A stretch of DNA of 64,000 nt from Ginglymostoma cirratum (lineage: Eukaryota): positions 1,646,048 through 1,710,047 of the forward strand of contig JAHRHZ010000076.1 of NCBI GenBank assembly GCA_024137785.1. The letters run 5' to 3'. The notes beneath the pieces were generated by a model. It saw nothing but the letters and a program-made list of their open reading frames with translations. It made no database searches and was not told where the DNA came from. The position numbers were made by a program, and so were the translations under genes. Positions 50,301 to 63,162 of the stretch are shown piece by piece. Positions within the stretch are counted from its first letter, which is position 1. Each line of letters starts with the position of its first letter.

Positions 50301-51984
50301 CAGAACTATGCCCGATTTTGCCAAATAAACATGTCGAAAAGGCATCATTGTAAGAAAGTTGAAAACGGGAAAGCAAATGTGTCAGGTTGTGAGAGATGTG
50401 GAAGTTGATAGAGACAATAGGAATTAGTTGGAAGGATGTTTAGACAGTTCTCAAAAGGAACAACCTAATATTCAACTAGCTAGCACAAAAATACTGGGAC
50501 AGTGATACACTGTGTTCTCATGTTTAGAAAAAGGATGATAGAAGGACCCTGCCTTAGAGCAAAGTTACGCTGTTCCCCAAGCTTCAACCAGAGCTGTTTT
50601 GGAATAAGCCATAGGACGTCTTAATGTGAGGTTCCAATGACTGGATCTGTCAGGCTGTGTCATGGAGGAAAGCCTAGCAGGGTGTCCCATATCATTGTGG
50701 CGTGCCGGGCCTCCAGGCTGACGTGTGAGATGAAGGCAAAATGCTGAAAACACAGAAATCACTTAAGAACAAAGATAAGGGTGATGATCTTGAAATGGCA
50801 CAATAGGAGCTTCAAAGAAAAGAAGAGAGGATGTTGTCTGGAGAATCTGAGACATGAGGGGCAATTTAATAGACACCCATATCGAGACTGCCTGAGCTGG
50901 GTGTGGACTTTCTACTTGCTAGTTGTATTGTTATTTGCTTAGCTGACATAACGGCCTTCGCTTGGGGTTTACCACATTTTAATGTCTTGAGTTATTTTTC
51001 CTGTTCACTGCTGTAGTGAATAAAAAGTTCAGTTGTTCTTTCAAATGTAGATCTGATATCTTCACCTCTATGAAAGGTAAAATGTCAGTACAAAACTTTC
51101 CCTTAACGTTACTGACAAAGCAATCGTAAAAGAGTGAGCAGTTCCATTAGGTTGCTCTGCTGCAGTTCATGCTAACGTGGTCCTTTTGCCTAAGACATAT
51201 GAGTAATGTCAGGGAGGTCACATCCCTATGAGAACGACCACATTATCACTCGCACTGAGAATGCTCCTTATGAGAGATTTTCAATGACTTTCCCTTAAAT
51301 AATTTACATTCCAATGAGACTTGTTGCAAATGTAATGTGAGTGGACTATCAGTATTCAACTTGCATCATTTGACTTTAATACCTGAGACTGTCACAGACT
51401 AAAATTTATTTTAATGTTCACTACTGATCTAAAGTGGCTGCTGTCATCACTTGACGAGCCCAGGCCAATTTACAAAATTGGCTGCATCAGAATTACTATT
51501 TTAATTAAAAGGCTGAAACTGAGTGAGGCAGCAAGAAATTCACATCTCTTGTTTTACACGTACTTGCAATGACAAATTCACATCTTGGCAGATCTAAGGT
51601 TTCCTACAATTTGGAATTAAACAATGACATAGGTTGAAGAATCAGTAAAGGAACTGTAAGGATAAGAGCAATCCTTGGGTGAAAGTTCTAAACTGGGGAT
51701 GGGGAGAGGGGTTGTGGGTCAAGGCTAACTAACGTAATATTAGGCATGAACTGGGGAATATAGATTGGGGGCAGTTTTTTGAGAGTAAATCCACATCTAG
51801 CCTGTGTGAATCTTGCAAAGGCCATAGCTGGTATCGGCCCAGCTCAGGGGAGAATGAGACCACATGTGGAAAGCCCCTAGCATGGAACAACTGCAGGCTT
51901 TTTTTGTGCGATATTTGCCTTTTATCTTTATTTCTTTATTTCCTTTAGTTTGTACAAAGACAAACTGTGATGTAGTACTTTTAG

Positions 51985-53806
51985 GTTGTAGACTTGCTCG
52001 CCGAGCCAGTGTGTTTGGCTGCAGACATTTTGTCACCCTGCTAGGTAACATTGTCAACGTGCCTCTGGTGAAGCGTTGGTGCTCTGTCCCACTTGTTATT
52101 TATATGCCTCAGTTTGCTGGGGTAGTTAGCATTACTCCTGGTTTTGTTTTTCAGCGGTTTGTATATCGGGTCCAGTTCAATGTGTTTGTTGATGGAGTTC
52201 CAGTTGGAATGTCAGGCCTCCAGGAATTCCCTGGCATGTGTCTGATTGGCTCGTCCAATTATGGATATGTTGTTCCAGTTGAATTTGTGTCCTTCTTTGT
52301 TCGTGGGTATTGAGACCAGTGAGAATTGGTTCTGTCCCTTGTTGGTTTGTTGATGTTCGTGTATCCTTATTGTCAGTTTTCTTCCAGTTTGGCCTTTGTA
52401 ATGTTTCTCACAATCCTTGTGTGATAGTTTGTACATTATGTTAGTTTTATTGATTATGGGTATGGGATCTTTTCCGTTTGTCAGTAGCTATTGCAGGGTG
52501 GATGCTGGTTTGTGGGTTACCCTAATACCTAGGGGTCTGAGTAGTCTTGTGGTCATCTCTGAAATGTCTCTAGTGTATGGTAGGGTGACTAGTGTATCTG
52601 GCGGTGTTGTGTCTTCTTGTGGTGGTCTGTCACAAAGGTAATGGCGGATTGTGCTTTTTGGGAATCCATTCCCTTTAAAAACTCCATATAAGTGCTCCTG
52701 TTCTGCTTTGTGCAATTCTGGATTGCTGTAGTGTATTGTGGTCCGTTTGAATAATATCTTGATGCAGCTTCTTTTATGGGTATTGGGGTGGTTACTGGAG
52801 AAATTAAGCAACTGGTCCTTATGTTTGGTCTTTGTGTGTACACTAGTCTGGAGTTCCCCTTTTTCCTTACATTCTACCATTATGTCTAGGAAGGGTATTT
52901 GGTTATTGCTCTCTTCTTCTTTTATGAATTTTATTCTGGTGAGGATGTTGTTTACATGTCAGTGAGTTTCTTCTAGTCGTGCATTTGGTAATCATGAAGT
53001 TGTTATCTACATAGCGGACCCAGAGTTTGGGTTGTAGAGGGGGGGAGTGCTGTTCGCTCTAACCTTTGCATTCCTGCTTCTGTAATCAGTCTTGATTTTG
53101 GGGATCCCACTGGTGTTCCATTGATTTGTTTGAATGTACGGCTGTTAAAGGTGAAGTGGGTTGTGAGGCACAGATCCAGCAGTTTCAGGGTGCTGTCCTT
53201 GTTGATTCTGTTGGCATTTGTGGGATGCCAGCCTTCCAAATTCGTCCAGCAGTGTGGCAATTGTCTCTTTGGCTAGATTGATGTTTAACAATGTAAATAA
53301 TGCTGTAACATAGAAGGATATCATTATCTCATCATCTTACATGCTGGTGTCCTTGATGATGTTGAAGAGTTCTTGGGAGGACTGGATAGAGTGGGTTGTG
53401 TTGTCAACTGAGTTTTCAATTTCTGTTGTAGTTCTTTGGTTGGTCTCTACGTTAGTGTGCCTGGTAGTGAGACAATGGGTCTGCGGGGGAATTCTGACTT
53501 GTGTACCTTGGGGAGTCTATAGAAGCGAGGTGTGTTGGATTCCTCTGGCTTCATTTTTTTGGCAGTCAGCTTTCCTGATATCTCCTGAGTTGTGTAATGT
53601 CTTCAGGGTTGTTTTGATCTGTTTCTCTTACTGTGGTGTTGGGTCTATCGCCATCTCTTGGTAGGTATCGGTATCCGTTAGTAGTGCATTAGCTTTCTCG
53701 ATGTATTGGGCTCGATAAAGGATTATTGTCATGCGTCCTTTGTCCGCTGTTAAGATTACAATGTTTCTGTCTTTCTTGAGTCTTTCCAGGGCTTTCTCCT
53801 CTTCTG
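51985..53806 (-). mobile_element. Penelope-like element (RT plus GIY-YIG), 5' truncated and frameshifted
   Basis: LLDLCLTTHFTFNSRTFKQINGTPVGSP, LNFSSNHPNTHKRSCI and YKLSHKDCEKHYKGQTGRKLTIRIHEH. 14-bp TSD TGTAG(T/A)ACTTTTAG (51971-51984/53807-53820). Decayed hammerhead near 52024-52058. Confidence 0.92.
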
Positions 53807-53820
53807 TGTAGAACTTTTAG

Positions 53821-54000
53821 TTTTTTTCTTTATTTCACTATTTTTGTACCTAATATATTTTAATACCTGAGATTTGTATCTAGGCACTTTGTACTTAACA
53901 TGGCACCACGTGTTAGTGACATTTTGCACTTTTCACTGTACCCTTGTACTTTTGTTCTTAAATACATGTGGCAATAAAACCTAATTCAATTCAATTCAAT
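53821..54000 (+). mobile_element. 3' part of a non-autonomous element with a Rex-like tail; its 5' part probably precedes 51984
   Basis: cttttcactgtac...caataaa...(attca)n tail. Confidence 0.55.
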
Positions 54001-55414
54001 AAAAATTGAACATGTTGAGTTGGCCATTGGCATCTCACTAACTTTAGTGTTATGGTGTTTCTTTAAGAAGGGCAGGCACAGAACAAATATTTGTCTTATC
54101 AAATATGTGGAAGCATCACACATATTTCTCCTTTAACCATTGTTTGGCATTTGCAATACATCACCTCCTTTTGATGGTTGAAGTGGCTTGACATCTTTCT
54201 GATGCTGGAACCTAGGTCATACCTGTGGATTACTGTAGATGTTCTAACAGTGTAAGTGAATAGATACTATCAAAAGTGGTAGATTTGACACCGCTGGCAC
54301 CTATTTTCCCTCAGTGTAACATTTTTTTTCTTTCTGTCCCTCCCACTACATCGAGCTGCAAGTTAGCTTCCACAACCTGATGGAGGGAACCTTCTGTGTA
54401 GAGCATCCTCATAACTTGGAAAACCTGGTTTGACCCCTTTCAGCTGACAGGCCCCTGCTCAGACACATGCACACCTTCTTTGATGTGAATTGCTGTCGGA
54501 AAGTAGGTGTAGGACAGGGCAACTCTGGACTGTTTGAAGAGGAAGCTACCAGGATGCTGTCTGTTTCTCCCCCTCATTGTCTGCTGGTCAAGGTCCCTCA
54601 GCTCCATCTATCCTTGCCATTGATGCTGCACAGTTGTGGTTAAAGCAATGGAGTGCATGTCTGAGTACAGATCAGGTAGCCACCATGCAGTCTGTTGGAC
54701 TTGGGTCTCCAAGGTGGTAGCTAACCTTTCCATGGAGGCAGACAGGCACTCGAATGCCTGAATCATCACATGTAAATACTCCTAGTACTCAATCGTCTTG
54801 TATTTTACCCAACCACGGGCCTATAGAGCACTTGCTTAATATTCCCCTGTCTGTCTCTTTCAGTACAGCTGAGTCTCTGATGGTGTCTTTTGCATGGGGT
54901 AGAGCAGGTGCCAATACTCTGAATGCCAGTGATGATCTTCATTAGTTCTTCCTCCATTTGTCAGTGATGTGCTGACCAGATCACATCCTGTCTCCATCCT
55001 AGTTACTGTATCCATCCTGGAGGTTGCCTCTGTGCATGCTTTCCCCAGCCAGTTCTGCCATTCATTCCTCAAAGGAGACACAGAGTCTCATGTGTACCAG
55101 CCATGTGGATTTGAGCCATTTTGTCAGGATTTCCTACATTGAGATTAAGAGAAGGATCGAGAATGATGGGAATGACCATAAGAGCAAGTGATCTTATGGA
55201 TTGATGAGGCTTCCCCAGTGAGTGAGTAGGAAATGCTGAGAGCATGAAATGTTACCAGTTTGCGAGGATGAGGTAGGGATGAGTCCTTGAGTGGACATGA
55301 TGCACACAATGCTGAGTGCTGCTGTCCATCCTGCTTGATGAGGTGCATAGGCAGTGGCAGAGTTAGAGTAAGTGGTGTCCTTATGAGTTCCAGAGAGGAC
55401 ATGGTGCCACTTAG

Positions 55415-55651
55415 CCTTGCAGAGCCCTGAAGATCATTAACTTCTCACACCACTGGCCATTACACTTAACTGATGTCACAGCACTAACATGTGCTTTGAT
55501 CTCTCCACCAGTAAGCACAGGTCTAGTGGCCTGGGCACTTGATGTAGTTATTTAGGAAGAGGATTAATCTCCTCTCAGTAACCCTGTCCAACAATTTCTG
55601 CACAGTAGTGTTTGTGAACCTTGGAACAAGTTGAGCTTTCTTTACAGCCAT
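55415..55651 (-). pseudogene. PIF/Harbinger-type Myb/SANT-like DNA-binding domain relic
   Basis: MAVKKAQLVPRFTNTTVQKLLDRVTERRLILF..W.EIKAHVSAVTSVKCNGQWC..VNDLQGSAR, with a stop and frameshifts. Decayed donor-like ctaagt follows. Confidence 0.7.
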
Positions 55652-55987
55652 TGCAAAGAGCAATACCACAGTCTTAGTGACAGTTTCTGGCTTTCAGCAT
55701 CTGACACTTAGGTGGATGTTTTTGAACAGCAAGGTGGCAATGGGCCAATGGGCATTTTTCTGTACTACAGATCTCAATGACTCTGTCACTGTCTGACATG
55801 CACTTGTCTTTATATATGGCACCAGAGCCTTCAAACCCTGAGACTATCAGCAGTGGTGAGATTTTCTGGCTTACTCATAACTTGACTTTTATAACATCTC
55901 CTTTGCTCAGACAATAAGATGAAACAGATATGACTGCTCAAGACAAATCACCCCACCCTATAACAGATATGATACCTTTCAGCATGT

Positions 55988-56533
55988 TTGTCGCAACTCT
56001 TTAACTGCTATAGGAAGGATGTTGAGAAACATGAAAGTATTCAGAAAAGACTTCCAGGGATGGTACCAGGTTTGGAGAGTTTGAGTGAAAGGGAAAGGCT
56101 GAATAGGCTGGGACTATTTTCCCTGGAGCACCAGAAGTTGACGGGTGACCTTATGGAACTTTATAAAATCATGAGGGGCATGGAGAGGCTGAAGAGCCGA
56201 GGTCTTTTTAGCAGGATGGGGGGAGTCCAAAACTAGACGGCATAGGTTTAAGGTGAGACAGGAAAGATTTAAAAGAGACCTGAGGTGCAACTTTTTTACA
56301 CAGAGGGTGGTGCATGTATGGAACGAGCTGCCAGAGGATGTGGTAGAGGCTGGTACAATGACAACATTTAAAAGACATCTGGATGGGTACATGAATAGGA
56401 AGGGATTAGAGGGACATGGGCCAAATGTTGGCAAATGGGACAAGATTCATTTAGGATATCCAGTCAGCATGGACAAGTTGGACCAACGGGTCTTTTTCCG
56501 TGCCATACAGCTCCATGACTCTATGACTCTATA
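55988..56533 (+). mobile_element. CR1/HER1-type LINE 3' fragment
   Basis: ERLNRLGLFSLE and NFFTQRVVHVWNELP. (tgactcta)n tail. Confidence 0.9.
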
Positions 56534-57419
56534 ATTTCCAATGCAAATGTTCCATCCTATGTCAAGTGGCTACCACAAAACAAAAGTTAAACGGGAACAT
56601 TCAACACAGGGGATGTTTTAATCAAAACAGAAAAACCTGGCATTATATTCATCATGTAGAGACAAAGATTTTACCATACAATCCAGGTTAGAAAAGGCAA
56701 AATTGGACATAAAAACCAGGACAGAACAAAGACTCAACTTGTCATCAGACCTGACACACAATTTCTGCTCATGACACAAAACTCCACAACACTGCCCCCT
56801 CTGCCGTGGATCTAACACTCCCCACTAAGATACACACTGTCAATCATAGGATTTGATGGTCTCACTTAAACCTGTCACACCCTCGCTACATCATTGGTCT
56901 TAACCTCCCATATCCCCCACCTGGTCCTGAAACTAACCCTACATTCCAGGACCCAATACCCTTCCCTCACAGGACCTGATGACTTACAACCCACACTGCC
57001 AGAGTTGACACTGCCCTAGTTGACACATTGGCACCAGATACCAGGTCCCGACAAGTACCAACATGCACACCCCCAAAAATGTGTTGTCACCTGTGGAGAA
57101 TGAAGGACGCAAGATCAACAAGGTTATATTGGAAAAGGCCAAGGTCAAAAGGTGAAGGTATGGTTCAGTCTTTTGACAGCAACTATGGAGAAATAAGGTC
57201 AGAGGTGGGTAATGTTACAGAAGTTAGAGAAGGGGATATAGGTATTACAATGGAAGTTGGGAGTCCAAGAAAGAAATACAACAATATTATGTTCTTTTGG
57301 AGCCAGCACATAGTGGCAGCATTTAATAAGGTAAATATTAGGGATATGTCACTGCTTGGAGTGGGGTTCGGTTTACTGATGGTGAGGGTGAAAGAATATG
57401 GACTTTGATTTACAAGCAT

Positions 57420-58112
57420 TAAACCTGTCTGCTCTTGTCCAATTTCCTACCACTTTGTCTGTAACTTTGTATGCTATAATGCTTCAGGTTTTCAAATTTT
57501 GTGATGGTTCCTGATCCTACCACCCTTTCAGAGAGTGAGTTCCATCACCCTCTGGGTGAAGAAATTCTTCCTTAAATCCACTCTAAACGTCCTAACCTTC
57601 ACCTTAAATGTATGGTCCCTAGTTATTGATCTCTCTACTAAAGGGAAATATTTATTTCTATTTACCTCATCTATGCTCCTCATCATTTTGCACACCTCAA
57701 AATGATCCCCCTTGAGCCTTCTCTGTTCTGAGGAAAACAACAACAGCCAATCTGGTCTCTCTTTATACCTAAAATGCTCCATCCCAGCCCAATATCCTGG
57801 TGAGTCTTCACTGTTAGTGCAAATGCATCCTTTCTATAATTCAACGGAAATGCACACAGTACTCCAGCAGTGGCCTAACTAACATCTATGCATCTCCATC
57901 TTAACATCCCTATTCTTGCATTCAATGCCTTGATGAATAAAGACATTTTTCTACCTGTCCTCTTGCCTTCACAAATATATGGGCATACATATCTGATTCT
58001 TTATATGTATTTCCTAGGGTCCTACCATTAAATATACACGTTCTACCGTAATTAGTCTACTCAAAATGCGCTATCTCATACTTTTCAGAATTAAGTTCCA
58101 TTTTCCATTTGA
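57420..58112 (-). mobile_element. CR1-type LINE 3' fragment
   Basis: ORF 57528..57782 (QRRLKGDHFEVCKMM..RKNFFTQRV). Confidence 0.8.
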
Positions 58113-58254
58113 CTTCTTCAGGAGTAGTTGACACTTGCGCATAGGTTCGTTTGTTCCATTTACCAGTGGATAATGCTTTGTACAATATCATCTTGTGTAG
58201 GCAACAGTCATCCATGTTGGCAATTTGACCTGCCATGCAATTGACTTTGCAAGC

Positions 58255-58460
58255 TCCCTCAATGAGCATCATAAAAGAAATCAGATTGTCTGATCATTAT
58301 CAAAGTACTGTTTATGGGAGTTTGATGCATTCATGTTATTTTCCTGCTCTCCTAAGTTCCAACAGACTAGACTTGGAGAAGTATTTCATTAATTGTAAGG
58401 TGTTTTAAGACATCTGACAGTCAAGGAAAAAAACACTACATAAATGCATGTCTTCCTTTA
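58255..58460 (+). mobile_element. DeuSINE 3' relic
   Basis: ctgatcattatc..ctgtttatgggag..ctacataaatgcatgtctt is the reverse-complement homologue of 13350-13550. Confidence 0.55.
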
Positions 58461-61400
58461 TTGCAAAAAGCAGTAGTCATGGAGGAAAAATAAAGGGTAA
58501 GTCAGTAAAAGTGGAGAAAACGTTGCAGTATCTTGAATGACCAACTTTGATCTACCAAGAAGAGTAGATTTAAAATTGAGACTCATTCAGATGGGAATCT
58601 CAAAGCTTTGAGAATTGCTGGTACCAGATTTGGAACAATTCTAACTTCAGCTGTTCTGTTTATGGCTGTTAAAGTGACAGCAGTCATTAATTATATAGGC
58701 CCCACAATGTCTTAGCACTTGGAGGAATTACAGCATGATTGGTCAAGGCAGTTTGTTTACCCCATCAGAGAAGTTACTGAGGCACATTTCTGAAAGCCTG
58801 ACAATTTCATTTAAGGTTAATTGCTGAGAAAAAATTGGTTAGACAGCAACAATTCTATGGTCAGCTCATGGTATGGAGAGAGAAAGGTGCTGTCAATTTA
58901 ATGGCACACATCACTGTTAACAACAAAGGTTTCGATTGTATTCTGATAGGTTTTCAATGCCAATAAATGACTTTGCTGTTAAGTCAATCACTAATAGGCA
59001 ATCTTCAGTAAATTGTTTATTTCAATGGGATAACTTGTTACAACCATTCCTTTGGGAGAAGTGGATTGTTTTGAATGGTTTTATCTTTAAACTGAGACAG
59101 AGATAAGTGAACACATATCCCTGTAATCCAGCAATAGCCTTACTGTTGAGTTTAAGGTGATTAGTCGACTACATGGTCTGCAGAGGGGTAGTCCTTGGAA
59201 CTATGGATCCTTGTTTGTTTCTCTCCACAAGTGTACAAGTTGCGCAACGTGATTTTCACGATCTCTAACAAACAGTTTGGAGCTAATGGTCCTAATGGGA
59301 ATGGGAAATAGGGAAATAGCAATAGGGAAATATCAATGATATGCTGAATAGCTGTCAACTTCAGCTGCAGCTCAAATTTCACATTATTTCTGATAGTTCA
59401 TAGAAGAGTCATTCTGAAAAATTAAGAATAAATGTTAAATATTAATTTTAAATTGGGCCCATCTTAAAGGACATCTTATCATTTTGGCATGCAGTATGTC
59501 AGATATAAATCACTCCTATATGAAATGCCTGTCCAGGTTGGCCAATTGGGAAGGATATAATGACAAAGTATATTTAAATAGTTATTTAACCATTTACTTC
59601 CTAATTTGCATTGCTGTTCAACAGAGTTATTAGGTTCTGATTGGATGACAACACTGGACTTGTTGGTCTGACTTCCTCAAGTCATTGATTCTGTAGAAAA
59701 ACCGATACTGCATTGTGTTGTACCTTAACATACTTTATGGTCACTTCGTTTGATGAGTCTTCCCTTAAAAAAAACGTGGTATAAGGCTTTCACCAGATTT
59801 TCAGCTGGTACGTGAGCCCATTCACTCCAATAAGTACTGCCCAATGTATGTATGCCTGGTGCTTCCAATCAGCATTGTTCAATTTTCCATCAGTGAGTGA
59901 ACAATATGCAGAAGATGTTAGTTCTACGTTTCTTAAGTGTGACTTCAATGGCTTGATGCTAAACCAAGTAAGGGCAGTGCCCTTATTCATTCAATCAGAA
60001 ACATTGCGGATGATGTTTTAGCAAGACTAGACATATATGGCCAAACTGCCATCTTTGAAAATATTATAGGGCACTCGATACTTATTGCAGCTATCAAATG
60101 AATATTATAATGGAGTGAAATTTAACAAATTCGCACAAATACTGGGGAAGAGCATAGATTCCTTTATTAATAAGCTGTAGTGATTAGCAGATAGATATGA
60201 ATACAGATACCTGAAAGGCGATCAAGGCAGCAGTCAAATTGTGGCTGTAATATTGGCAAGAAGCTTATCAGACTGATCAACAGCTCTCAGCAGGTGAGAT
60301 TTATTTACCTGGGGTTTAGAGAAGGCATGTTACTTTCAAATAATGTGTGCGCACCTTATGTCTCTTATCAACATTTTTTCAATTCTTGCCAATGTGCAAA
60401 AGAAAAGGTAACACTGGCTTGAAGTGATGCCTCAATGGCTTGCAAGCATGATGTAGAATAAAATATTCCAATGTGTAAAGCGTCAGCCTACATCAATAGT
60501 GATGGATGTCAGCGGACTCTGGAGGAACAGCCTCTCTCATTCTCTGCCCATTCTTGTGACCATTCCAATACACTGGCTATTGTTTCCACATGACCATTGA
60601 TTGGAAGAAACTGAGGTTCAATGGTCTCAAACTGGGAATCAGTTTAATATTTTCTGTAATCTAGCTACAGTCATTTGAACCCCAACATGCAACCTGTTTT
60701 CCCATGGAACCTTGGGTTTAATAACTTTAGAATGAGCATCAACAACAGAAGTCTTTGGGGCCTTGGCCATAAAGTCCTCTTCTTCTGATGTCCATGTAGG
60801 TGTCAGACAATCTAGACCCTTTTTGTTTTCCAATTAGAGCATTGACTGACTACAGGATCATTGAACATTACATCTTAAAGTGATGAAAATTAGCCCAGCA
60901 TAACTGTGCCAACTGTCTAAAATAACTATTCATTTTATTTTGTCTCTGTGCTAGCTTCCTATGAATTTTTTAAAAAAATTTCTAAAATTTATTCACTTCC
61001 CTCCAGTTAACAATAGTTTCCTTTTCTTGTGTCACTATCTGTGGTTCATTCGTGCTGTGTGGGCCTTTCAATGCATTCATCTTTTTAATTCCCCTGGAGT
61101 GCATGTCTCAGGACTTGAGAATGTGAGTGACAGCACATGTTCTGACAAGCTGTGCATGCTCTGGGACTTGTTTCATCTGTAGCTTCATTTAGAAAAGGAA
61201 GTGAGATTAAAACTTGTTGTTCAGAATTGACATTCACTTGTCATTTCCAGCAGGAGGTACATATGAGTTTCAAGATATAGTTTACATCATTTGTAACAGT
61301 GGGATGAAGTATATTCTCCTGAATCTCTTATTGGTTTTATGAATCAGATTTGTTGTTTGTTATATTAGTTACATTTCAGACGAACAGTTCACCGCTTAAA

Positions 61401-61804
61401 GTATTGATTGGCCAGGGAATGAATCATCTTAAGTAGCACATTTGTTTGCTAGGCACGACCAACGTTTTACAGTTTTAAAATGGCATCCATGACACACGTG
61501 ATCAATCTTGTCATGAAGGGCGCTAGAAGCACGTGGAGCAGAGACCATGATCTGAAGCCTGTAACACTGCCGGTGCTGTCATTTTGGACCTCCAACCTCT
61601 AGTCCCGGCCCCCTGTTAACTTTGCTCAGCTGAATATGTTTTTAAACAGCAGAATACCACTGCTTTAACAGCAGAATTCACCTCTGATATTTTGAATGAT
61701 CATCAACTACTTATAGATTATTTGCTGATTCATTTCTTCTGATTATTGCTGCAAATATGCTAATTGTTTCAAAAGTATATCTGGACAATTATAATTAGTA
61801 CTGA

Positions 61805-61915
61805 GATAATAAGCATGGGGCTGGATGAACACAGCAGGTCAAGCAGCATCATAGGAGCAGGAAAACTTGACGTTTCGGGCCTAAACCCTTCATCAGAAAA
61901 TCCTTTTATCTCTGA
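61805..61915 (-). mobile_element. Young short PLE-derived insertion with an inverted tip
   Basis: Minus-strand module followed by plus-strand ccttttatctct (61902-61913). Perfect 15-bp TSD TATAATTAGTACTGA (61790-61804/61916-61930). Confidence 0.88.
61865..61900 (-). ncRNA. Minimal hammerhead ribozyme motif, intact core
   Basis: CTGATGA-A-GGGT-TTAG-GCCC-GAA-ACGT-C: all core nucleotides, helix II, palindromic ACGT helix III and a GUC triplet. Confidence 0.7.
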
Positions 61916-62279
61916 TATAATTAGTACTGAAGTACTTTTTGTTGATGTCAAGGCTTCTGCACAAACTGGTTGCTCCCAGAAATAGGCGGTTCTTCTGGGA
62001 AAGAGTAAACATCTGAATATAGAAAAGATCACTTAGTACATGCAGTCATTGAGTCATAGAAATCTGCAGCGCAGAAAACGGCCCTTTGGCCCATTTCTTC
62101 CTACATATTGCTAGCATAAGGATGAATCAGTGAAGGACAGTCACTTTCAGGAGGAAGTCATAACTGCCCTTTGTGTTTAGGGTGCAAATCTCCTATCTGT
62201 ACTTTGTGAATGCTGAGAATTTGAGATAATTGTACTTCACTGAACAGGTCTTCATTGAACTCTGATAACAGAGGCAGAA

Positions 62280-62465
62280 ACTCACACACCTAGAGCGACA
62301 AGGGCAGGAGATACATGGGAACATCAGTACCTGAAAATACCCTATCAAGCCAATCACTATCCCGACACAAAACTATGTCACCTTCTTTTATTGTGAATGG
62401 CCCAAACAGCACAAATTCCTGGCATTTTTCTCCCTAACAGCGCTGTGAATGTACCTTCAAAGGAT
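62280..62465 (+). mobile_element. CR1-group LINE 3' fragment
   Basis: gacaagggcaggagatacatgggaacatc..ctccctaacagc; homologous to about 12210-12370. Confidence 0.6.
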
Positions 62466-63162
62466 GATATAATAAATAATTATTATTATTAATGTATAAT
62501 TTTGTGTTCTTTGTAAAATTGTGGAATGAAATGAGGATGAACTGTTTTAAAACCAATGTTTGAAAGGCTGTATGTTTTGAAACCAAAAAATCCTGACACC
62601 CTTGCCAAGCATCATGTGAACAAATGTTTGGACAAACAGTGATTGAAGTTTCAGTGGCAGACAGTTTAAAGCTTGAGAGGGTGTACAGATGCAGCTTTTG
62701 TTGGCAACTAAAAAAAAAAAATTGGTCTATGAATCAAGTGATCAGTTATCAATGACAGAGATCTTTTTGCTTGCCAACAGCTGTGTGATTGGCTCTCAGG
62801 TAATTGAACAGCCTGGAGCTGGGAGCAAGTTACAGAGAGAGAGAGAAATGATCAGTTTCAGGGGCAGGCTTTCTGTTCTCTGCAGTCAAAACTCACTGTA
62901 AGATTGAAGAACAGCAGTTTATCTTTCCTGCAACAGTTGTTTTATGCTTTGGCTTTTAACTGGTAAGTCAAAGATCTTTTAGGACTGAACTTGCCTCCTT
63001 GTGTCTCTTGCCAACCAGTTAACATCTTGGAAAATGACAATTGAATTAACGTACTGACCTTCAGAAAATCAAAATTATACTAGCCACAATACTTTGGAAA
63101 AGACTGCTGTGATGTTTTTGTCATTTTTCCCCTCAATCCATAACCTAGTGTATTCACTGTAC

